Assembly (NCBI GenBank): GCA_963735875.1
Contig: CAVTMO010000009.1
Span: 29,592 to 93,591, forward strand
Direction: 5' to 3'
Length of the DNA: 64,000 nt
Source of the DNA: an uncultured Acidobacteriota bacterium
Lineage (GTDB): Bacteria; Acidobacteriota; Vicinamibacteria; Vicinamibacterales; UBA2999
Below, one piece after another: positions 9,995 to 18,099 of this stretch. Positions within the stretch are counted from its first letter, which is position 1, and each line of letters starts with the position of its first letter. The position numbers and the translations under genes were made by a program. The notes beneath the pieces were generated by a model. The model ran no database searches. It worked only from the letters and a program-made list of their open reading frames with translations, and was not told the origin of the DNA.

Positions 9995-11173
9995 TCAGAT
10001 CAGCGGGTAGACCAGGGCGCACAGGGTGGCCACCCGGCAGGCCACGGCCACCCTCGGGTGCACGCGCTGGATCCTGTTCCAGACCAGCGCGAGGGTGGTC
10101 ATGGCCAGCAGCATCACGGCCACCCAGACCAGCACCACGCCGGGTGGCTGGGGACCGAGCCGCTGGCCGAGTCCGACCGTCCACAGCGACCCGTACAGCA
10201 TCGCCACGTGCACCGCGTAGACCAGCAGCGATTCCTCGGCCAGTCCTTGCAGCGGCGGCGTCAGCCGGGTCACGTAGTGCCCGATCGTGGCGACCAGCGA
10301 CAGCAACAGCAGCACCGAGCCGAGGCGCTGGATGAACGACAGCGGGCTGGCGCGCCACCAGTCGTGGACGCCGTAGTCGAACCACCCGTACTCCCCGAGC
10401 AGGCCGGCCCCGATGGCCAGCGCGGCCCCGACCAGGAACAGGCCCCGCGCCAGCGGCTGGAGATGGTCGCGCGTCGCCCACGGTCCGGCGGTCACGCCGA
10501 AGGTGGCGCCGAGCAGCGTGAAGCCGGCCCACGGAAACAGCGGGAAGATCGAGCCCGTGCCGTGGTTCATGTACGACGCCAGCCACAACGGCAGCCAGGC
10601 CGTCCAGTCGACCCCGTGGACGACCGGTGTGAGCCCGACCACGAGCCCCGCCACCCACGCGCACACCGTGGCAAACGACCGCGGCGTCCGCGTGATCCAG
10701 ATGAGGGCCTGGAGGAGCAGCAGCGTCAGGGCGACGTTCTGCAGCACGTCCGCGGCAAGGAACGACCGCCAACGATCGTCGGTGGCGAACGGCAAGTGGA
10801 CGAACTTGCCCATCGGGAAGCGGACGAAATAGCCGAGGGCCAGGAAGAACGCCAGCCGCCGGATGCGCTTGAGCGAGCGCCGCGAGAACCGCCGCTGCTC
10901 CTCCCAGTGCCGCATCGCCGTCAGGCTGAAGGCGGCGCCCGACAGGAACAGGAACGTGCAGGAGGTGAGGCCGCGCAGGTAGAGCCAGGCGTTGTACTGC
11001 AGGCTGGTGCGGAAGTCGGGATGCAGCAGCGCGTCGATGGTGTGGCCCTGCACCATCAGCAGCACGGCGATGGCGCGGGCCAGGTCGACGAACAGGATCC
11101 GGCCGCCGGAGACGGCCGGCGCATTGGGGGAGGGCGCGGCCCCTGCCGCTCCCCCCGATGTCACGGCCGCCAC
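9995..11173 (-). CDS. membrane acyltransferase-like protein (DUF1624 / HGSNAT-like)
   Basis: 392-aa polytopic protein with the N-terminal RILFVDLARAIAVLLMVQGH motif typical of DUF1624. GTG start. Confidence 0.7.
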   Translation of the reverse strand: MAAVTSGGAAGAAPSPNAPAVSGGRILFVDLARAIAVLLMVQGHTIDALLHPDFRTSLQYNAWLYLRGLTSCTFLFLSGAAFSLTAMRHWEEQRRFSRRSLKRIRRLAFFLALGYFVRFPMGKFVHLPFATDDRWRSFLAADVLQNVALTLLLLQALIWITRTPRSFATVCAWVAGLVVGLTPVVHGVDWTAWLPLWLASYMNHGTGSIFPLFPWAGFTLLGATFGVTAGPWATRDHLQPLARGLFLVGAALAIGAGLLGEYGWFDYGVHDWWRASPLSFIQRLGSVLLLLSLVATIGHYVTRLTPPLQGLAEESLLVYAVHVAMLYGSLWTVGLGQRLGPQPPGVVLVWVAVMLLAMTTLALVWNRIQRVHPRVAVACRVATLCALVYPLI

Positions 11174-11206
11174 TCGACGATTGTGCCACCCGCGACGGCG
11201 TATCGT

Positions 11207-11292
11207 GTAGCGCGGCTCTTCAGAGCCACCCAGGCGGAACTGAAGTTCCGCCCGACGTACCGTCAGTCGTAGGGCGGCTCTTGAGAGCCGCC
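11207..11292. repeat. cluster of three REP-like hairpins
   Basis: GTAG-CGCGGCTC-TTCA-GAGCCACC (1 mismatch), GGCGGAAC-TGAA-GTTCCGCC (11233-11252), and GTAG-GGCGGCTC-TTGA-GAGCCGCC (11273-11292). Confidence 0.8.
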
Positions 11293-11302
11293 GTCGGAAT
11301 CC

Positions 11303-12493
11303 CTAGACCGTGGCGGCGAGCGCGACGCGCATCGACGCCAGGGCGCCGGTCAGCTCTTCGCGGCTGCGGGCGGTGCAGAAGCGGACGTAGCCCTCGCTCT
11401 GCGGCCCGAAGTCCTGGCCGGGCACGCAGCCGATGCGGCCGTGCTTGATCAGGTACTCGACCACCGCCCACGACAGCGATTCGGTGCGATCGAGGTGCAT
11501 CTCGCGCGCCCAGTCCGGGTTGATCTTCACGAAGGCGTAGAAGGCGCCCTCGGGCGGGTTGCCGGAGAACACCTGGGGCGCCACTTCGCGCAGGCCGGCG
11601 TAGAAGAGGTCGCGGCGGGCCTTCAGCTCCGTCTTGAAGTCGGCCAGGCACTGCTGCGGGCCCTCGAGGGCGCCGATCGCGCCGTACTGGGCGATCGAGC
11701 TGACGTTGCTGGCGGTGTAGAGCACCAGCTTGGTCGCCCGGGCCCGCATCGCCTGGTCCTTCATCGCGAAGTAGCCGACGCGGACGCCGGTCATCGCGTA
11801 GGACTTGCTCAGCGTGTAGACCGGCACGGTCCGCTCGTACATCCCGGGCAGCGAGGCGATGCTGATGTGCTCGGCGTTGAAGAGCACGTCCTCGTAGGCC
11901 TCGTCGGACACCACCCACAAGTTGCGCTCGCGGGCGATCGCCGCCAGCCGCTCGAGGTCGGCGCGGGTCAGGCTGCCGCCGCTCGGGTTGTTCGGTGAGT
12001 TCAGGTACAGGATCCTGGTCTTCGGGGTGATCGCCCGCTCGAGCTCGTCGAGATCCCAGCGGAACGCCAGCGACTCGTGCAGCGGCACCTGCACCGGCAC
12101 GCCGCCGGCCCACTGGATGATGGCCATGGTCGGCGGCCACTGCGGATCGGGGAGGATCACCTCGTCGCCGGGCTCGAGCAGCGCGTGGAACGTGGCGAAC
12201 AGGCCGTGGATGCCGCCGTTGGTGACAATCACCTCGTCGTCGCGCTCCACCGGCACGTGGTTCTTGTCGCGCAGCTTCTGGGCGGCGAGCTGACGCAGGC
12301 GCGGCAGGCCGGTGGTCGGCAGGTAGTGCGTGTGGTTGTCCTGCACCGCCTTGATGAACGCCTGCTTCACGCTGTCGGGGGCGTCGAAGCTGACGTCGCC
12401 CTGATCGAGGCGGAACGGATTCTTGACGGTGAACATCATGTCGCGGATGCGCACGATGCCGGACATCGGGACGGAATCGAGAAAGTTACCCAT
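11303..12493 (-). CDS. pyridoxal-phosphate-dependent aminotransferase (class I/II, aspartate aminotransferase-like)
   Basis: 396 aa. NSPNNPSG motif and PLP-lysine motif SKSYAMTGVRVGY. Confidence 0.9.
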   Translation of the reverse strand: MGNFLDSVPMSGIVRIRDMMFTVKNPFRLDQGDVSFDAPDSVKQAFIKAVQDNHTHYLPTTGLPRLRQLAAQKLRDKNHVPVERDDEVIVTNGGIHGLFATFHALLEPGDEVILPDPQWPPTMAIIQWAGGVPVQVPLHESLAFRWDLDELERAITPKTRILYLNSPNNPSGGSLTRADLERLAAIARERNLWVVSDEAYEDVLFNAEHISIASLPGMYERTVPVYTLSKSYAMTGVRVGYFAMKDQAMRARATKLVLYTASNVSSIAQYGAIGALEGPQQCLADFKTELKARRDLFYAGLREVAPQVFSGNPPEGAFYAFVKINPDWAREMHLDRTESLSWAVVEYLIKHGRIGCVPGQDFGPQSEGYVRFCTARSREELTGALASMRVALAATV

Positions 12494-12494
12494 A

Positions 12495-12557
12495 GGCGGC
12501 TAGGGGCTGGCGGCTAGCGGCTAGAGAGTTAGCGGCCAGTCGGCGAGCGGCTAGAGC
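12495..12557. repeat. degenerate CGGCTAG / GGCTAGGGGCTGG repeat tract
   Basis: GGCGGCTAGGGGCTGGCGGCTAGCGGCTAGAGAGTTAGCGGCCAGTCGGCGAGCGGCTAGAGCC, containing four CGGCTAG copies. Shares the GGCTAGGGGCTGG core with 2895-2929. Confidence 0.6.
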
Positions 12558-12607
12558 CGAAAGCGTACTACGAACCCGCGCGCGATGGCGCCAGGGGAAC
12601 GGAAGTG

Positions 12608-13507
12608 TTACGCGGCGCCGGTCATCACGCCGGCGCGGTCGAGGATGGCGCGCAGCACCGCCGCAGTGCGCGTGAGCGGCAGGTTGCTGACGTAGAAGTG
12701 CCGCACGCCGAGCGCGCGCAGCTCGCGGATCGTGCGCGCGCAGACGTCCACCGGCGTGGCGCCGGCCGCGAACTCCGCCTTCAGCGCCTCGGCCGGCACC
12801 GGCAGGAACCGGCTCAGGACGTCGAGCGTGGCCGGCTTGGCGCTGCGGTAGTAGAACACCCCGAAGATCCCCGGCAGGGAGACGCCGGCCCGGCCGGCCG
12901 CCTCCAGGAAGTGCTCCACTTCGCCCAGGCGATGGTGCGAGACGATCTGGGTCAGATAGAAGTCGGCCGTGAACTCGTCCCCGCCAACGAAGGCCACCTG
13001 CCGGACCGGATCGGACGCCGGGTTGGCCCATCCCCCGAGCGGCAGGTCTGGATGGCGCTGGCGGATCAGGCGCCGCAGCTGCCAGGCGTGCTCCACCGAC
13101 CGGGAACGGCCCACGTGCTTGTCGCCGCCGAGGACGACCAGCGCCGGGAAGTCGTGCTGCACGACCTGGTCGGCATAAGCCAGGCAGAACTCGACCGAGT
13201 GCTTGGTCGTGAGGAACGGCACCACGCGGCTACGGGGCACGTCGGGGCCCAGGTTGTTGACCAGGTGCCGGAGGTTGTTCTCCTCCTGGGCGCCGACGGC
13301 GCTGTCGGTGACCATCACCTGCACGCCCTGGCGGACCAGGCCGCGAATGGCGTGGTAGGTGTCGATCCAGGCGTCGATGCCGGCGGCGGCCTCGAGCTCG
13401 GCGCGGGGCGGGCGCAGCTCGACGGAGACCACGGAGAAGTCGGAGCGGAGAGACTCGAGCACAGTGTTCTCTGGGCGAAGGCGCGCTGCGCGCGCCCGCG
13501 GCGTCAC
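12608..13507 (-). CDS. methylenetetrahydrofolate reductase-family protein
   Basis: 299 aa with an MTHFR-like TIM-barrel pattern (SVELRPP.., LVVLGGD, FYLTQIV). The annotated GTG start sits inside a tandem repeat, and GTG at ~13462 (VLESLRSDF) is an alternative. Confidence 0.65.
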   Translation of the reverse strand: MTPRARAARLRPENTVLESLRSDFSVVSVELRPPRAELEAAAGIDAWIDTYHAIRGLVRQGVQVMVTDSAVGAQEENNLRHLVNNLGPDVPRSRVVPFLTTKHSVEFCLAYADQVVQHDFPALVVLGGDKHVGRSRSVEHAWQLRRLIRQRHPDLPLGGWANPASDPVRQVAFVGGDEFTADFYLTQIVSHHRLGEVEHFLEAAGRAGVSLPGIFGVFYYRSAKPATLDVLSRFLPVPAEALKAEFAAGATPVDVCARTIRELRALGVRHFYVSNLPLTRTAAVLRAILDRAGVMTGAA

Positions 13508-13574
13508 CGAAAGGCTAGCTCGCGCGCCCGCGGCGTCACCGAAGGCGCGCGCGCGCCGCGCCCGCGGTCGTCAG
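13477..13574. repeat. about three copies of a 32-bp tandem repeat
   Basis: The 23-mer CGCGCGCCCGCGGCGTCACCGAA is exact at 13489-13511 and 13521-13543. GAAGGCGCGC occurs at 13477 and 13541 (64 nt apart). The third unit is degenerate. Confidence 0.75.
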
Positions 13575-13595
13575 TATATCTGCGGGATTCGCCGG

Positions 13596-14225
13596 TCAGG
13601 GGCGCGTCACGGGGCTGCCGCGCACCCACGGGTACTCGATGTAGCGCGCGGTTTCGGTCGCCACCGCGTCCCCACACACCTTTTCCACCACGCGGAAGGC
13701 CATGTCCATCCCCGCCGAGACCCCGGCCGACGTGATCACCCGGTCGTCGACGACCCGCGCCTCGCGATCGACGGCGATAGTGGCGTCAATCGAGGCCAGC
13801 AGGTCGAGAGCGCCCCAGTGGGTGGTCGCCCGCCGATCGCGCAGCAGCCCGGCCCGCGCCAGGAGCAGCGCCCCCGTGCACACCGACGTCGTGTGCGACG
13901 CTGCCGCCGCGGTGGAGCGAATCCACGACAGCACGCGCGGGTCCTCGAGCAGGGGGCGGGTGCCGAAGCCGCCCGGCACGACCAGCACGTCGATGGGCGG
14001 GCAGGTGTCGAAGGCGAAGTGCGGCTCCACCCGCAGGCCGCCGGTGGCGACGACCGGCTCCGGGCTGCGCGCCACCGTGAAGACCTTGAACGGCGCCGAG
14101 TCGTCGGAGCGCCGCGAGTCGACGCCCGGGGTCAGCCGGGTGCGCGAGAACACCTCGAACGGCCCGGCGAAGTCGAGCAGTTCGACGTCGTGGAAAATCA
14201 GGATCCCGACAGAGGTACGCAGCAC
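13596..14225 (-). CDS. DJ-1/PfpI family protein
   Basis: VGILIFHDVELLDFAGPFEVF at the N-terminus and nucleophile-elbow Cys in TSVCTGALLLARAGLL. Confidence 0.85.
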   Translation of the reverse strand: MLRTSVGILIFHDVELLDFAGPFEVFSRTRLTPGVDSRRSDDSAPFKVFTVARSPEPVVATGGLRVEPHFAFDTCPPIDVLVVPGGFGTRPLLEDPRVLSWIRSTAAAASHTTSVCTGALLLARAGLLRDRRATTHWGALDLLASIDATIAVDREARVVDDRVITSAGVSAGMDMAFRVVEKVCGDAVATETARYIEYPWVRGSPVTRP

Positions 14226-14339
14226 GAATACGACGGCTCGCGCCGCGACGGCGGGCGAGTGCGCTCATCTTATCGTCCGCTACCTCATCCGCATGAGAGC
14301 CGGCCGCAAGTTGTGTGCAACCCCTGCGAACGGCACCGC

Positions 14340-15984
14340 TCAGCGGCGGTTGCTCAGAGCCCTGAGTTCGTCCCGCAGCGCGGTCAGTGCGTCGCGAAGC
14401 GCCCGATTCTCGTCGCGGAGCTCGCGCGTCCGGGCCTCGAGGGCGCGGACGCCGGCGAGCGCGACGCCGTCGGCGTCGATGGTGCTGATGCGCACGGGTC
14501 TCTCGCCCAGGCCGAAGGCGCGCGTGGAAGTCCTGCGCGGTGGGACCGACGTGGCGGATGGCGGCGTCCTGGCTTTGTAGTTCCATTCGCGCACCGGCAT
14601 CGCCGGCGAGCTGGCCAGCACGTCCTCGCCGACCAGATCGACGAAGTTCTCCTTGGAGTTGGCGTCGGATACCGTGACCAGGCCGAGTCGTCGGTGAACA
14701 AGGCGACGCCAGGACGGTCGAGGCACATCGTGGTGACCGGACTCGACCAGAACACGACTCCGCCGGCCGCGCGCACCAGGAACTGGTTCGGGGAGATGGA
14801 CGTGACCGATGCCGGTGCCGGCACCCGCGTCGACCGGTCGCCGTAGACGAACGACCCCGGGGCGGCCGCCGAGGCTTCTGCAAAGGTCCCCATGACCGTG
14901 CTGCCCAGGCCAGCCGCGGTTGTCAAGATGCCCATGGCCGAACTGGAGACGCCGCTGGCCGTGGGTCTGAAACCCATCGCCGTGCTGTAGGTGCCGCTGG
15001 CGATTGTCTGAATACCCATCGCCGTGCTGTAGTTGCCGCTGGCGACGGTGCCGACTGCCCATCGCCGTGCTGTAGTCGCCGCTGGCTCTACTCCGGTCGC
15101 CCATCGCCGTGCTCGGAAGCGCCGCTGGCGGTCGTTTGGAGACCCATCGCTGTACTGGCGTCTTCGCCGCTGGCAGTTGTCTGTAGCCGAGGGCTGTGCT
15201 CGCATATCCGCCGGCACGCGTCTCGAGGCCCATCGCGGTGCTGTTGCCTCCGTTGGCGAGCGTGTCAGCCGCCCAGCGCGGTGCTGTTGCCCCCGCTGGC
15301 GGTCGTGCCGTAGGCACCCAGTGCCGTGCTGGCGCCGCCGTCAGGCGACCGTGTTCGAGCCCATCGCGATGCTGTACGCCGCCGACGTTGGCGTCGTCCC
15401 ACTGGGTGCCAGTCACGTTGCCCACACGGAAAGCGGCCTTGTTCGGGTGCCACATCATCCGCGTGCCGGCACCCGACGCCGGAATGGCGCCGACGTTGAG
15501 CGCGCCGCGAGCCAGGAACCCGCCGTCTGCGAGCAGGGCAAACGTCGACGGGATGGTCGTCCCACCTCCCGCTGGCGGCGGGGCCGGCCGCGGACTGCCG
15601 CCCGTGCTCGCGCCGAAGGCGAACGTGCCGCTGTTGCCGGCGCTGTCGGTCCAGGGACCGCCGAGCGTCGGCCATCGTGATGCGCGCGTCGACCTGCACG
15701 CCGCGCCCGCCGGGCACGGTCACGATGTTCAGCCCGAAGCCGATCGTGCCGTCAGGATTGGGCGTGGCCAGGCCGACCAGCGCCGCCCGCTGCGCGGCGC
15801 CGCACTGGTCGTCGTAGCCGTCCAGGGTGTAGACCGCACCCTCTGGGTCACGTTCACCGTGACGACGTTGCAGAACGGCTGCAGCTGCCAGCGGAACGTG
15901 CCGAGAGACTGCGCTTCGGCCGCGGCCGCCATCAAGGCCGCAGCGACGACAGCGCCGGCGAAGCGCACGCAATCGTCGTGACAT
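14340..15984 (-). pseudogene. tail-fiber-domain surface protein (YadA-head-like STAMG repeats + peptidase S74 intramolecular chaperone domain), ~12 frame breaks
   Basis: The conserved sequence can be followed only by hopping between all three minus frames. It runs signal peptide/AEAQSLGTFRWQLQPFCNV.., GAVYTLDGYDDQCG.., GTRMMWHPNKAAFRVGNVTGTQWDDANVG, many xxSTAMG repeats, SISPNQFLVRAAGGVVFWSSP, then SDANSKENFVDL..WNYK..IRHVGPTAQDFHA..FGLGE..ISTIDADGVALAGVRALE. Probable start is ATG 15984 with a GAGGA RBS. Confidence 0.7.
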
Positions 15985-15992
15985 CGGCGTCC

Positions 15993-17401
15993 TCACCGCT
16001 TGTCGAGCAGCGCCTCGAGGCGGGCCAGCCGCGCCCGCAGTTCGTCGTTCTCGCGCGTGAGCCGTTCATTGGTCTCGCGAGTCCGTGCCTCGAGCGCCCG
16101 CACGGCGGCCAGCGCCACGCCGTCGGCGTCGATGGTGCTGATGCGCAGCGGGTCTTCGCCCAGGCCGAAGGCGGCGTGGAAGTCCTGCGCTGTTGGTCCC
16201 ATGTGCCGGATCGCCGCGCCCTGCGCCTTGTAGTTCCACTGCCGCACGGGCATGCGCGCGATGCGGCTCAGCACGTCTTCGTCTGCCAGGTCGCGGAAGT
16301 TCTCCTTGCTGTTGACGTCGGACAAGGACGACCAGGCAGCTGGCGTTGGTGAACAGAATGACGCCGGGGCTCGTCGGCGTAGACGGTGTCCGGGCTCGAC
16401 CAGAAGACCAGCAGCCGCCTGAGGCCCGTGACGAAGAGAACTCCGGTTGCCGGGCTGATCGACTGGATCGAAGCCACCGGCCGCCTGCGGTTCGACGCGT
16501 CGCCGTACCGACGAAGCGAGCCCGGGGCCGCCGCGGTCGTCCTCGCGAAGAATCCCGAACGCCGTGACCGGCGTAGCCATCGGCGTTGGTCGTGCTGCCT
16601 CCGAGCCGGCGCAGCGAGTAGTCGTCCACCGGCCCTCGTGGTGGCGCCGAAGGCCGTGCTGTAGTCGCCGAGGGCCCGGGCGTTCAGTCCGAACGCCGTG
16701 CTGGCAATGCCGGTGGCCTCGGCGCCGACACCCGCGGCGAAGCTGTATTGCCCGACGGCGAACGTGTTGAGACCGAAGGCCGTGCTGTGCAGCCCCGACG
16801 TTGGCGTCGTCCCAGGCGGGAACGGTGACCTGGCCAGCTCGGAACGCCGCCTTGTTGGGATGCCACATCATCCGGGTGCCGATGTTCCGACGCGGGAATC
16901 ACCCCGGTGCCCAATGTGCCGCGAGCCACGAAGCCGCCGTCCTGCAGCAGGCGCGAAGGTGGGCGGAATCGTCGTCCCGCCGCCACCCTCCGGCGCCGGT
17001 GGCGCCGGCCGTGGACTGCCGCCAGTGCTGGCGTTGAAGGCGAAGGTGCCCGAGTTCCCGGCACTGTCACTCCACGAGCCGCCGAGGGTGGCCAGGGTGA
17101 TCCGCGCGTCAATCTGCACGCCTCGCCCGCCGGGCACCGTCACCACATTGAGCCCGAAGCCGATGGTGCCGTCGGGATTCGGCGTGGCCAGGCCGACCAG
17201 CGGCGCCCGCTGCGCCGCCCCGCACTGGTCGTCGTAGCCGTCGGCGGTGTAGACCGCTCCCTGCTGGGTGACGTTCACGACTACCACGTTGCAAAACGGC
17301 TGCAGCTGCCAGCGGAAGGTGCCGAGCGATTGCGCCTCGGCGCGAGCGGCAAGCACGAGCGACGCGGCCAGGACGGCCAGGACGGCGAGTGGACGGGTCA
17401 T
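15993..17401 (-). pseudogene. paralogous tail-fiber-domain surface protein (S74 chaperone C-terminus), at least 8 frame breaks
   Basis: MTRPLAVLAVLAASLVLAARAEAQSLGTFRWQLQPFCNV.. (ATG 17401, GGAGGA RBS). Then LLQDGGFVARGTLGTGVIPAS, MMWHPNKAAFRAGQV, STAFG repeats, and SDVNSKENFRDL...IRHMGPTAQDFHAAFGLGEDPLRISTIDADGVALAAVRALE plus a coiled-coil tail. The pieces lie in different frames. Confidence 0.7.
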
Positions 17402-17507
17402 GAGTCCTCCGAAGCCCAAAAACAGGGCCTTCACTCTGCCGATCGCAAACGGCCCGCGGATTCGGCCATCCCTGCTGTAGGCTAGGCACCTCGCGAGCAG
17501 GGCTCAC

Positions 17508-18089
17508 ATGGATACGCTTCCCGGCCCCACGCTCGCGCTGCTCTTCTCTTCGGCGGAGCGGGGAGACTCGGCCTCGGGCTCGGCGCTGTTCGCGGCGCTC
17601 TACACGGAACTGCACCGCATCGCCGCGAAGGAACTGGCCAGAAACGGCTGGGGCGTGTCGCTGGGCGCCACCAGCCTGCTGCACGAGGCTTACCTCGATC
17701 TGTCGAGCCGCGACGGCGCGATGTTCCCGGATCGCCACCGCTTCATGGCCTACGCCGCCCGGGTGATGCGCGGGCTGATCGTGGACTACGCGCGCAACCG
17801 GCGCGCCCAGAAGCGCGGCGGGCTCTTCGAGCTGACGGCGCTCTCCACCGATGCCCTCGACGTGGCGTCCGAGACCGCCGAGCTTGGCCGGATCAGCGAC
17901 GCGCTTGACGATCTGTCCAGTGTGGAGCCGGTGCTGGCCGAGATCGTCGACCTCAAGTACTTCTGCGGCTTCTCGTTCGAGGAGATCGCGGTGATGAAGG
18001 GGCTGTCCGAGCGGACGATCCGCCGCCACTGGATCAAGGCCCGCGCCTACCTGCACGCCACGATCCACGACGCCGATCTGCCAGGCTAG
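17508..18089 (+). CDS. ECF-type RNA polymerase sigma factor (kinase-associated PF07638/TIGR02999-like class, from memory)
   Basis: 193 aa. Region 2 LLHEAYLDL and region 4 HTH EIVDLKYFCGFSFEEIAVMKGLSERTIRRHW. No anti-sigma gene is present. The next gene, 10 nt downstream, is a Ser/Thr kinase. Confidence 0.85.
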   Translation: MDTLPGPTLALLFSSAERGDSASGSALFAALYTELHRIAAKELARNGWGVSLGATSLLHEAYLDLSSRDGAMFPDRHRFMAYAARVMRGLIVDYARNRRAQKRGGLFELTALSTDALDVASETAELGRISDALDDLSSVEPVLAEIVDLKYFCGFSFEEIAVMKGLSERTIRRHWIKARAYLHATIHDADLPG

Positions 18090-18099
18090 ACGGTCCCGC

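Noticed and set aside
14340-17401. Prophage remnant, suggested by the 'tail fiber' and endosialidase-chaperone domains
   Set aside because: The window contains no capsid, portal, terminase, tail-tube, baseplate, integrase or lysis genes. The proteins have Sec signal peptides and YadA-like head repeats. This architecture is common for non-phage surface proteins in soil bacteria.
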